Positions 1 through 9,739 of a stretch of DNA of 64,000 bases are shown piece by piece. The first letter of the stretch is position 1; every line of letters begins with the position of its first letter. The notes below the pieces were generated by a model. It saw nothing but the letters and a program-made list of their open reading frames with translations. It had not been told where the DNA came from and did not search any database. Source of the stretch: Methanobacteriota archaeon (lineage in GTDB: Archaea > Halobacteriota > Bog-38 > Methanoflorentales > Methanoflorentaceae). The DNA lies in NCBI GenBank assembly GCA_963748445.1, contig CAVVIU010000004.1:46390-110389 (forward strand), written 5' to 3'. The position numbers were made by a program, and so were the translations under genes.

Positions 1-406
1 CTTCACAATTGCTTCATACGAGACCCACGCGGGGTCAAACAATATAGACTCATCTCCCTCATTTATTAGCGCACAGATTGCCTCAAAGACTGCCCTGCTT
101 TGCTCCCGGCGTCACTATAATATCATCCGACGTTGCATCAAGTTTGTTATCCGCTTTAAGCTTCTCTGCAATTGCCTCCCGGAGTTCGGGTACACCTTTA
201 CTCTGTGTATAATGCGTTTCCCCTCGGTTAAGCGATAGTTTGGCAGCTTCAATAATTCTCTCAGGTGTGCGAAAATCTGGCTCCCCGAGACTAAAACTTA
301 TGATGTCTTTTCCTTCCCGCTTGAGTTGAGCAGCTAAATCAGATATCTGAATCGTGGCTGATTCGGGCATGATATCAACCTTTGAAGACAGTATTTCCCC
401 GTGCAT
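1..406 (-). pseudogene. PLP-dependent aspartate/aromatic aminotransferase (class I/II). The 3' end runs off the window, and the frame is broken by one extra base near 94.
   Basis: ORF 83..406 reads MHGEIL...ISFSLGEPDFRTPERIIEAA...IIVTPGAKQGSL*. The frame one base ahead continues from 93 down to 1 as AVFEAICALINEGDESILFDPAWVSYEAIVK. Confidence 0.8.
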
Positions 407-411
407 GCCCG

Positions 412-834
412 CTACAGCCTCTCTCTCAGCTTGACAGCCGCCTCTACTGCCCTTTTTGCATAGTCAACCCGTTCATGGGCCTCAAGGCGCGACATGCGCG
501 GACCTGAAATGCCAAGGCTGATGGGCTTGTTGTACTCGAGGGCCAAATCTGCTATTTTTCTGCTTGCGTGCTGTAATACGATTTCATCGTGTGACGTGGC
601 TCCTTCAATAACACAGCCAATGGTTACAACGGCATCGATATCCTCGTCCATTGCAAGGGTCTTTACTGCAAGGGGCATGTCAAAAACTCCCGGAACGAGC
701 ACAGTCCGTACGACTTCTGCTCCTAAAAAAGCCGCATGTTCTCTTGCGAGTATCTCCATTTGATACGTTATATCACGATTGAATTCAGCAACGACAAACC
801 CCAATCTAATAGTTTCATTCTTTTTTTTTGCCAT
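412..834 (-). CDS. ribH: 6,7-dimethyl-8-ribityllumazine synthase
   Basis: Read from the ATG at 834: MAKKKNETIRLGFVVAEFNRDITYQM...VPGVFDMPLAVK...TIGCVIEGATSHDEIV. The longer ORF reaching 1032 overlaps ribC and is not used. The stop codon is TAG. Confidence 0.9.
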   Translation of the reverse strand: MAKKKNETIRLGFVVAEFNRDITYQMEILAREHAAFLGAEVVRTVLVPGVFDMPLAVKTLAMDEDIDAVVTIGCVIEGATSHDEIVLQHASRKIADLALEYNKPISLGISGPRMSRLEAHERVDYAKRAVEAAVKLRERL

Positions 835-853
835 TTTTATCCCCAACGTGTGA

Positions 854-1318
<465 letters not shown>

Positions 1319-1360
1319 TTACGCCCTTAATCTTTCGACGTATGCCGCGACAACGTGTAT

Positions 1361-2509
1361 TTATAATTTCTCCAAAATGTTGTCAGCGACCATTACTCCT
1401 CGCCCAACCTCTTCTATTATTCTTTGTTCTGAAAGCACAATTTCGAGTTTTTCGATAACATTGAGGATATCACCTTTGCTGATATTGCCCATATGGCCAA
1501 TCCGGAATATCTTTCCTTTGAGGCGTGCCTGTCCACCCCCTATGATTATCCCACGCTTTCTCATCTCGTCTTTTATAGTGGCGAAACTTGTGCCAGTTGG
1601 CACGTTCAAGGCCGTAACAGTGTTAGAATAAGCGCTGTAAGCATCGAGTATCGGAAATAGCTCGATATTCATCTCACGCACTGCCGCTCGTACCGACTCA
1701 GAATAAATGCTGTGCCTTTTTATGCGAGCATCGAGCCCTTCCTCCTCAAGTACCTTGAGTGCTTCTTCGAGAGCGAAGAAGAGTGGTAATGTGGGTGTGT
1801 ATGGTGTCTGCCCTTTCTGAGCTGCTTTTCTGTATTGGACCAAATCCACGTAGTATGGCCTTTTATCAGCGCGTTCAATGAGATCCCACGCCCTTTCACT
1901 AACCGAAATCATTGAAAGCCCTGGAGGGAGTCCTAAACACTTTTGGGAACCGGTAATCGCTATATCGATCTCCCACTTGTCAATAGGAGTTTCTATCCCT
2001 CCTATTGACGTGATGCCGTCCATAATGAGCAGGGCATCAAATTTTTTACACAGCTTACTTACCTCGTACACTGGATTTGTCATTCCAACAGAGGTCTCAT
2101 TATGAACAACTGTTACCGCGTGAGCGCCATCTTCGAGCCGCGCTTTGATTCCATCTAAATCGATGGGGGTGCCCCACTTACTCACTACCGACAATGCCTC
2201 CCCGTACAACGAGCACAATTCCTTTAGACGCTCGCCGAATTTCCCATTTTCTACTGCAACGAACTTCGTACCGCTTCCAAAGTTACCGATAGCAGCTTCC
2301 ATTGCACACGTGCCCGAGCCACTTAAGATATATACGTCGTTTGTTGTACAAAAGAGCTCTTGAAGTCGGGCTGTACTCCATTCAAGCAATTGCTTGAACT
2401 TGGAACCCCTATGGTTGATAATTGGCTTCGACAGCGCCCTTAATATTCTCGGTATAACAGGCACCGGACCAGGGAGCATTATAAGTTCGGTTTCAAATAT
2501 TTCTTCCAT
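1361..2509 (-). CDS. class V PLP aminotransferase (serine-glyoxylate / alanine-glyoxylate / phosphoserine aminotransferase-like)
   Basis: 382 aa with LMLPGPVPV, SGSGTCAMEAAIGN and GSQKCLGLPPGLS (PLP-lysine context). Confidence 0.8.
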   Translation of the reverse strand: MEEIFETELIMLPGPVPVIPRILRALSKPIINHRGSKFKQLLEWSTARLQELFCTTNDVYILSGSGTCAMEAAIGNFGSGTKFVAVENGKFGERLKELCSLYGEALSVVSKWGTPIDLDGIKARLEDGAHAVTVVHNETSVGMTNPVYEVSKLCKKFDALLIMDGITSIGGIETPIDKWEIDIAITGSQKCLGLPPGLSMISVSERAWDLIERADKRPYYVDLVQYRKAAQKGQTPYTPTLPLFFALEEALKVLEEEGLDARIKRHSIYSESVRAAVREMNIELFPILDAYSAYSNTVTALNVPTGTSFATIKDEMRKRGIIIGGGQARLKGKIFRIGHMGNISKGDILNVIEKLEIVLSEQRIIEEVGRGVMVADNILEKL

Positions 2510-3522
2510 TGGTGGTTATCCCCATACCAGTAAAATTACCCTTGATACTTGATCACTCTAGTTCACTTAACATAAAACTAACGTATTGTAAGGAAGTAGA
2601 GAGGAATTTTACTATTAATATCGACATAATCTGATATCATTAAACTACGGGATACAATCCGCTTTAACTCACGTTAACGTTTAACCTAAAACCTAATAGG
2701 TGAAAGTTGTAAACGTAAACAATCAACGCATTAGACAACAACAGTCACAACACTACATCAACTTCAACTTTGTGAAATAGATCAACATAAGTTATCATAC
2801 AGAATCAAGTACATAAAGCGATTCCAATCCATCCTATCGATACTCTTCGCTTTCTATTGAATTGCACACAACGATATTACAGATGCCCCTGTCGGTGTAC
2901 GATTCTCGCTAACATCGGTTCCACAAAAGAGTGCTCACACTATTATTGACAGTGTGGGTAAATTGGGGTGAATGAACATCTTACATAATACCACTAATGG
3001 TAAAGGCAACACGCATATTATCGATAGATCCGGGTAGAAACCCTGTACATAGTAGAGATCAGATAAATGTGATCTTTGGATTATAATTAAAAGTCTGAGC
3101 TGAGACGGTTAAAGACATAAAAGAGACCAGTATCAAACAGGACGATCATGATGATAAAGATGAGAGAGACAAATAATTGGTTTCCCAATTTAGATAGTTA
3201 ATGCTTCATTTAAATTTAAAAACCCGTAGGGTGAGTAGTAAAACGTTTCCAACTATTACAATAACTGTTCGATTTACGTTTCCTGTTACAATTATGCAAT
3301 AAATAGTAAAAAAATCAGCATAGCTAGTGTTAACAGTTCATACGCTACACTATCAGGTCTATTATGAAGAGATTGCATACATCAAAAATGATTTGTAATA
3401 GTAGCTTCCTTATCCTACAATCATAGGTACGCACACTTTTATGCAAATTGAAAGTCAAACACAGATTTACATACGTAAACGTCCTAGAAAGTATATTGCT
3501 TACGAATAACCACTAGACGCCA

Positions 3523-3918
3523 ATGAGCGATATCAAAGTAGCTGTAATTGTAGGATCTACCTCTGATATGCACGTAGCCGAAAAGGCAAAAGAAGTATTG
3601 GACGAAGAGGGTATAAGCTATGACCTTCAAGTGATATCGGCACACAGAGAGCCAGAACGCCTCGATGAATACCTAAAAAACTCGCATTTTCAGGTTATTA
3701 TTGCAATAGCAGGACTTGCAGCTGCGCTTCCTGGAATGATTGCTTCAAAAACAGATGTTCCAGTGATCGGGGTCCCAGTGAGTAGTAAACTGAACGGTCT
3801 TGATGCCCTATTATCGATAGTACAAATGCCACCTGGAGTGCCCGTTGCCACAGTTGGCATCGACAATGGAAAGAATGCTGCGCTACTAGCAATAAGAATT
3901 TTAAAGCTTCTCGTTTGA
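3523..3918 (+). CDS. purE: N5-carboxyaminoimidazole ribonucleotide mutase PurE
   Basis: [58 protein letters not shown]. At 131 aa it is about 20 aa shorter than usual. Removing one A of the AAA run at 3903-3905 would extend it to a TAG at 3962-3964, which is unproven. Confidence 0.85.
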   Translation: MSDIKVAVIVGSTSDMHVAEKAKEVLDEEGISYDLQVISAHREPERLDEYLKNSHFQVIIAIAGLAAALPGMIASKTDVPVIGVPVSSKLNGLDALLSIVQMPPGVPVATVGIDNGKNAALLAIRILKLLV

Positions 3919-3938
3919 GGTGCAGGTTGTAAAGACGC

Positions 3939-5234
3939 TCAACATTGTGGAGATCTCGGAATAGCTTCACCAAAACTGTTTAATGCATCTCTTACAATTT
4001 TTATCGCGCATAAATCTCCGCACATCGAGCAGGCCTCAGTGTTGGTCGTTCGACAGCTAAACTTCTGCCGTGCAAAATCCGGATCAATTGAAAGCTCAAA
4101 TTGTCTCGCCCAGTCAAGGGATGTCCGCGCTGTTGCCATGTCGTCGTCCCATTGTAAAGCGTCACGCCTGCTTTGTGCAAGATCAGCAATGTGTGCTGCA
4201 ATCTTCGTGACAACTGCTCCTTGCTTTATATCTTCGGTCGTAGGGAGACCAAGGTGCTCAGAGGGGGTCGTCATGCACAAAAAATCAGCACCAAACATTC
4301 CTGCGAGAGCGCCGCCGATTGCACCGGTAATGTGATCGTATCCGGGTGCTACATCGGTTACAATAGGCCCAAGTAAATAGAGCGGCGCACCGTTTGTAAT
4401 GGATTTCATTGCTCGAACGTTTGATTCAATTTGATTGAGGGGAACGTGACCAGGACCTTCTACAATTGTCTGAACGCCCTTCTCTCGCGCTCGCTGAACG
4501 AGCTCTCCGAGAAGAACGTACTCCATGAATTTCGGTCTGTCGCTTGCATCGTGCAAGCAACCAGATCGCATGCCATCACCGAGGCTAATAGCAAAATCAT
4601 ACTCCTCTGCTATCTCCAGCAAATAATCGTATTCGGTATAAAATGGGTTATCACGCCCATTATGAACCATCCACGCAATAGTGAACGCGCCTCCCCTGCT
4701 GACGACCCCCATTATCCTCTTACTGTTTTTGAGACGTTCAAGTGAGTTCAGCGTAACGCCGGCGTGGATAGTCATAAAATCTACGCCGTCTTCCGCGTGT
4801 TTCCTGACCGTGTTGAACATATCATCTGATGTCATTTGTACAACAGCGCCGCGTGACATTGCTGCTTGATATATGGGAACCGTTCCGATAGGAGCTTGCA
4901 CTTCCTGAAGTATGGTTGTTCTTATGTCGTCGAGTTCTCCTCCTGTCGAAAGATCCATAACGGTATCCGCGCCAAATTGCAAGGCAACTTTTGCTTTTAA
5001 GACTTCGTCGTTCTTATCTACATATTCAACGGACGTCCCTACATTGGCATTTACTTTAGCTGATAACGACTCTCCAACTCCGAGCGGCACATAATCGCGG
5101 TTAATATTGTTAAGCAGCACAACGCGACCTGATGCAATACGCCGCCGCAATTTATCTGGCGCAATACTCTCAGATTGTGCGACTTTAAGAATGTCATCAG
5201 TCAATCTCACTTGAGCTTCTTTCATTAGTGTCAT
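3939..5234 (-). CDS. thiC: phosphomethylpyrimidine synthase ThiC
   Basis: 431 aa with [36 protein letters not shown] and the C-terminal CSMCGDLCA cluster motif. Confidence 0.95.
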   Translation of the reverse strand: MTLMKEAQVRLTDDILKVAQSESIAPDKLRRRIASGRVVLLNNINRDYVPLGVGESLSAKVNANVGTSVEYVDKNDEVLKAKVALQFGADTVMDLSTGGELDDIRTTILQEVQAPIGTVPIYQAAMSRGAVVQMTSDDMFNTVRKHAEDGVDFMTIHAGVTLNSLERLKNSKRIMGVVSRGGAFTIAWMVHNGRDNPFYTEYDYLLEIAEEYDFAISLGDGMRSGCLHDASDRPKFMEYVLLGELVQRAREKGVQTIVEGPGHVPLNQIESNVRAMKSITNGAPLYLLGPIVTDVAPGYDHITGAIGGALAGMFGADFLCMTTPSEHLGLPTTEDIKQGAVVTKIAAHIADLAQSRRDALQWDDDMATARTSLDWARQFELSIDPDFARQKFSCRTTNTEACSMCGDLCAIKIVRDALNSFGEAIPRSPQC

Positions 5235-5380
5235 ATGAAGTACCTAAATTTGAAAGTTCAAACATCTGTATGGCGTAATGTACTTTTATTCTTTTGCGTG
5301 TGCGAGTAGTGCGCGTGGCATAAATGCAGGTTGCGACGTTATGCCAAGTTTTATTTGTTGTAAGAAGAAAGAAACAAGTA

Positions 5381-6004
5381 ATGAACGTTGACACTTTTTC
5401 ACTTACTTATGAAGGTAATACGTACTTAATTCATTCGGATAACGAGACGGTCGTTGACCTTGGCTCAATTGCAATAGCCAAAAAGCTGCCAATCAACGAA
5501 GTTAAGTATATCATTTTAACTCACGTACACTACGATCATACCGGTGGACTCGGCGTTATTAAAACTGATGCTGAAATTATGATGCACGAAGAAGACGCAA
5601 AAATGGTCGGAACCCCTGCAACAGCATCCATTTTTTTTGGAGAGAGAGCACCGACGTTTAATATTGACGTACTGCTCAAGGATGGAGATAAAATAGATAT
5701 CGGCAGTTCTATTTTGAGAGTGGTTCACACCCCGGGCCACACGCCGGGCAGCATTTGTCTTTACGAACCTGAATCGAAGAGCCTTTTTTCAGGTGATACG
5801 ATATTTCCCCACGGCGGCATCGGTAGAACGGACCTAATTGGAGGCAGTTCAAAGGCGTTGGTAGAATCAATTGAGCGATTAATGAAATTTGACGTAGAAG
5901 TGCTGTACCCTGGACATGGAGCGGTGACTATAAACAACGTGAAAGAGCAGATACAGCAGTCTCTTAGTCTTGCCAGAACTGTTTATAAAAGCGATGAACG
6001 CTAA
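5381..6004 (+). CDS. metallo-beta-lactamase fold hydrolase (glyoxalase II-like)
   Basis: THVHYDHTGG (HxHxDH) and HTPGHTPGS motifs. The start is taken at the internal ATG (MNVDTFSL), because the upstream part of the ORF lies in the thiC promoter region. Confidence 0.8.
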   Translation: MNVDTFSLTYEGNTYLIHSDNETVVDLGSIAIAKKLPINEVKYIILTHVHYDHTGGLGVIKTDAEIMMHEEDAKMVGTPATASIFFGERAPTFNIDVLLKDGDKIDIGSSILRVVHTPGHTPGSICLYEPESKSLFSGDTIFPHGGIGRTDLIGGSSKALVESIERLMKFDVEVLYPGHGAVTINNVKEQIQQSLSLARTVYKSDER

Positions 6005-6428
6005 CAGCGGTACTTACGTCCTAATCCTCGAATTAACAGGCGGTATTACTGTAACAATAGGAGCGCTAGGTGAATATGAGTTTAAAAGTGGATACTACGC
6101 ATACGTAGGATCCGCTCTTGGTTCCAGCGGCTTCACCAGAGTTTTGCGGCACATCCGCGTCTCAGAAGGCAGTAATCAGACGCGAAAGTGGCATATAGAT
6201 TATCTCTCATCGGTCTCTAAGATAATTCAAGTCTATAAAGTTTTCACGCTTGAACGAGTCGAATGCACCATTTCGACCGCGATATTCAATAATTTAGGAG
6301 TGTCAAGTATGAAGGGATTTGGCTGCTCTGACTGCAAATGCGGATCGCATTTATACTACTCTGAGAATTTAGCAGAAATCAAAGAAGTCGTTATCAAAGC
6401 CATGCGTCAGGTTAACGACTTCATATAG
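5994..6428 (+). CDS. GIY-YIG / Uri-superfamily endonuclease-like protein (DUF123-type)
   Basis: GTYVLILEL..., YYAYVGSALGSSGFTRVLRHIR...RKWHIDYL. It overlaps the previous stop by 11 nt, and its own stop is TAG. Confidence 0.7.
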   Translation: MNANSGTYVLILELTGGITVTIGALGEYEFKSGYYAYVGSALGSSGFTRVLRHIRVSEGSNQTRKWHIDYLSSVSKIIQVYKVFTLERVECTISTAIFNNLGVSSMKGFGCSDCKCGSHLYYSENLAEIKEVVIKAMRQVNDFI

Positions 6429-6630
6429 TTCGTCTAACTAATAGCCGCGTTCTCTAGCTGATAACAGGGGTAATATAACTCAACTCATTCCGACTATATC
6501 GTTTGATTTGCACAATATAAGTGTCTGTACTTCTGCAGGCGCTATTATCTTTACCGTTAACTGCGTCTAATAAGCTCGCTGTCGTTTCGTTAATATCTGA
6601 TAGATGACATATAACAAAAAGGAGGGTGAA

Positions 6631-7578
6631 ATGTTGAACCTTTTAACTAACACCGTGGGTAGCTATCCGACGCACAATATCGGTGAAACCAAAAAGGCAG
6701 CAATGAGTTTGCATGACTTAATGTCAGGAAAGGATCCTTTTCTCACTTCAATAGAAGAAGCGGTTAAAGATCAGCTTGCTGCAGGTATCGATATGGTATC
6801 AGACGGACAGGTGCGAGCGGACATGATTACGCTGTTCGCTAATAATATTGGTGGCATGCGGAGCGATCGCGGCCGTTCTCTTATAGTGGGAAAAGTTACC
6901 AAGCCACTTAAATCAATCGCAGCAAGAGATATCACTCTTACAAAAGCAATTGTGGGGACAAAAGCCAAAGTAAAGGGAATCATTACTGGGCCAGCTACGA
7001 TGGCCGCTATGTCGTCATTGGGAAAAGGAGTGGCATACAGATCGAATCTTGACCCGCGTCTTTTGGAGGACATGGCAGCTGCACTTCGGTTTGAGGCACA
7101 GCAACTTGTGAGAGCTGGAGCAGATGCTATACAGGTGGATGAACCAGCGTTCTATAACATAGATGTCAGCAAGGTTGCGAAATTTGTAGATGTTGCTGTT
7201 GAAGGAATCGACGTACCAGTGAAGATTCACCCCCACGTTGCGTCCTACAAAGACTACGACAACATCGTAAAGCTTGAAGAAGTTGGAGTGATTGGAATTG
7301 AAGCTGCAAAATTCCCGAACTTGCTTAATGAAATTAATCCAAAGGAGTTCTTAGATAGAGATAAGAAAGTTGCACTAGGAGTAATAAATACTGACAAGCG
7401 AGAAATTGAGACCATTGATGAGGTAATAGGGAGGATAAAAAAAGGAATTGAAACTTTTGGTGACGATATGTGGATAAATCCTGATTGTGGTTTAAGGCTT
7501 CAAACAAGGGAGGTCGCATTTAAGAAACTTGTAGTAATGGCAAAGGCCGTCACCGCGATAAAGGAGGGCTCTAACTAA
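6631..7578 (+). CDS. cobalamin-independent methionine synthase-like protein (short archaeal MetE catalytic-domain form)
   Basis: GGAGG lies a few nt upstream of the ATG at 6631. Motifs: VGSYP, VSDGQVR, IQVDEPA, INPDCGL. Confidence 0.8.
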   Translation: MLNLLTNTVGSYPTHNIGETKKAAMSLHDLMSGKDPFLTSIEEAVKDQLAAGIDMVSDGQVRADMITLFANNIGGMRSDRGRSLIVGKVTKPLKSIAARDITLTKAIVGTKAKVKGIITGPATMAAMSSLGKGVAYRSNLDPRLLEDMAAALRFEAQQLVRAGADAIQVDEPAFYNIDVSKVAKFVDVAVEGIDVPVKIHPHVASYKDYDNIVKLEEVGVIGIEAAKFPNLLNEINPKEFLDRDKKVALGVINTDKREIETIDEVIGRIKKGIETFGDDMWINPDCGLRLQTREVAFKKLVVMAKAVTAIKEGSN

Positions 7579-8344
7579 TCTGAACATCTACAACAACGTG
7601 CCGTATGCCAGGAGAGAAATTTTTCACCTTATTTGTTCTAATAGCTTCTACGTGTCTACCAAGCCTTTTTGCAGCTTCAATTACCCGTGTGCGCGGCCGC
7701 GTAGACTGTAGTTCTATTGGGACAGTTTCGTGATAGTGCAAAATTCCCCCCATTTTAAGGGCCCTAACGCCATTTTCTAAGTACTTATAAGCTTCAAAGT
7801 TGCCCATTATTACTCTATCGACACTATTGACAGGAGATACTTGTGCACAGTCACCTAGCAACGGGCGTACTATGTCACAAACGCTATTAAGGAAGATATT
7901 TTTCTTTAAGTAATAGAATGCATCTTGATTTATTTCTATAGCTGTAACAGATCTAGGTTTCGAGTGAATAGCCATTGGAATTGAAAACTGGCCTATTCCG
8001 CCAAACATATCCAAAACATCCTCAGCATAGCCAAGCTTGCTCATCCTGATTCTCTCTGCAAAATTACCTGCGGAGAACATAACTTTACTCACATCTAGCG
8101 CAAATTTACAGCTATTCTCCTTATGGATTGTTTTAGTATTTGATCCGGCAATTATCTCAATATTTGGCCGTCGAAACTGTCCTTCAATGCCTTTATCCCA
8201 TAAGACACTGCTACACCGTGGATAAAGCTCCAACAAGCCCTGTCCGATCTCATATTTCAGGTGTTCGATTTCACAAGGGATATTGACAAGTATTAATTCC
8301 CCCAATAATTGCCACCGTCTGCGGCAGCAGTAATCGTTCAACAT
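7571..8344 (-). CDS. SAM-dependent tRNA methyltransferase of the Trm5/Taw2 (Met-10+) family
   Basis: FRRPNIEIIAGSNTKTIHKENSCKFALDVSKVMFSAGNFAERIRM and DMFGGIGQFSIPMA (SAM site). The stop is TAG. Confidence 0.8.
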   Translation of the reverse strand: MLNDYCCRRRWQLLGELILVNIPCEIEHLKYEIGQGLLELYPRCSSVLWDKGIEGQFRRPNIEIIAGSNTKTIHKENSCKFALDVSKVMFSAGNFAERIRMSKLGYAEDVLDMFGGIGQFSIPMAIHSKPRSVTAIEINQDAFYYLKKNIFLNSVCDIVRPLLGDCAQVSPVNSVDRVIMGNFEAYKYLENGVRALKMGGILHYHETVPIELQSTRPRTRVIEAAKRLGRHVEAIRTNKVKNFSPGIRHVVVDVQIS

Positions 8345-8389
8345 CGCTGACTTTCGTCGACAGTTTTGTCACTAATAATTTCTGACCCC

Positions 8390-9418
8390 TCACGGAAGTA
8401 TGAAAACCCCCTTAGTTGTTTTGGTGACAAGTACTTCACTGCCCCCCGGACCCGTGACGAATTTGGGACGCGAAATGCTTAAAGCCGCGTACGTATCAGG
8501 ATCAAGCAGCTGCACCTCATCATCAGTCACAAAAACAAGCACAGAAGCTTTTGCATCGGCTCGAGATCCAAGAAGTTCAGCATCTGCAAGATCTCGTACT
8601 TTTAAGTTATATCGTTCTCCACTTTGAAGATCTGTAGCAACAGCTGCCTTCTTTACTGAATGAAGTTCAAAGACGTGGCCACTCAGAGCCACTATAGAGC
8701 CTGGCGTAAATCTCGGCAGTCGGATAGAGAAGGCAACCCTATAAACGTTTTTACCATCTTTCTTACCAACCAGCTTTGGTGATTCTCTGAAGCTTCCCCC
8801 TAGTTCCTCAATTATCGCCCGTGATAGCTGTTTTGCGGCACGTGTCGTTCCAACGTAAATATCCAAACCTTCCTTTTTCCTTTCAACTCTCGAAAGGAAC
8901 GCCATCCTATCATCTCTTCGCTCTCGCTCCACAACCCGATTTGCAATGTCAGCTGCCGCGATCAGTTCGTGTTCTTCAGGAACTCGCCCTTCAGCTCTGA
9001 TCTGAATTAAGCCTTCATAATAGCCCCCTGAAATCTTACTACAACGCTCGCACACTTCTCTCTTTATGTGAAGATCCACGTCAAAGTCGTCAATAAGACG
9101 TTTTCCATCAATACTTCCTTCAACTGTGACGTGAGCTCGAATCAGACTTTTGTCGAGTTCAGGTACATCTACGTGGATGGTACTTTTTGTTGCTTTGATG
9201 CGTAATGCGGTTTCAATAGTCCGCGTAACAGCATCAATAATTTCATTTTGCACCCACTTGCCATTTAAAAAATAGTCTAGGCACGTAGGACAGACCTTTA
9301 AGTCTAAGTGTCTCGGAATTGTTGCGAGGACCTGTCCCTTAATGGTACAGTTAGAGCATACCCCGACAGACGGCTTACCGCAACTCGGACAAACGCTTTG
9401 TAATGGCGCCGTAATCAC
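8390..9418 (-). CDS. NMD3-like ribosomal large-subunit export/biogenesis protein homologue
   Basis: The N-terminal Cys clusters CPSCGK..CSNC and CPTC are followed by CERCSKISGGYYEGLIQIR, typical of the NMD3 family. Confidence 0.8.
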   Translation of the reverse strand: MITAPLQSVCPSCGKPSVGVCSNCTIKGQVLATIPRHLDLKVCPTCLDYFLNGKWVQNEIIDAVTRTIETALRIKATKSTIHVDVPELDKSLIRAHVTVEGSIDGKRLIDDFDVDLHIKREVCERCSKISGGYYEGLIQIRAEGRVPEEHELIAAADIANRVVERERRDDRMAFLSRVERKKEGLDIYVGTTRAAKQLSRAIIEELGGSFRESPKLVGKKDGKNVYRVAFSIRLPRFTPGSIVALSGHVFELHSVKKAAVATDLQSGERYNLKVRDLADAELLGSRADAKASVLVFVTDDEVQLLDPDTYAALSISRPKFVTGPGGSEVLVTKTTKGVFILP

Positions 9419-9422
9419 CCCG

Positions 9423-9719
9423 TTATAGAATAATCATTTGGGCGTGAGGTACACCATCTATCGTAATAACTTGATCTTTGTCAATGATGCCGCTCTCGAT
9501 TCCACAGTTAACAGACTTGTTTCCCACGAGGTTCGCTATTGTAGCGTTCAAGAGCGCCGCTTTAACCTCGTCTTCTCTTGCGGGATCGCCTTTAAAAAAC
9601 ATTTCGTGTACTGATAAATGAAGGTCTCCCTCACAAAATGTGAGACCCAACAATTCGTCGTCACACACTGCGACCATAACTTCTCTATTTACACGGTACG
9701 TTTTCAAAAACATGCTCAT
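9423..9719 (-). CDS. DUF424 family protein
   Basis: 98 aa; VMVAVCDDELLGLTFCEGDLHLSVHEMFFKG matches the conserved archaeal DUF424 pattern. Confidence 0.7.
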   Translation of the reverse strand: MSMFLKTYRVNREVMVAVCDDELLGLTFCEGDLHLSVHEMFFKGDPAREDEVKAALLNATIANLVGNKSVNCGIESGIIDKDQVITIDGVPHAQMIIL

Positions 9720-9739
9720 TGCTGTGGATGCTCGGACTG

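Noticed and set aside
5235-5330. Possible TPP riboswitch upstream of thiC
   Set aside because: I looked on the minus strand for the conserved CUGAGA and ACCUGAUCUGGAUAAUGCCAGCG-like elements and found neither.
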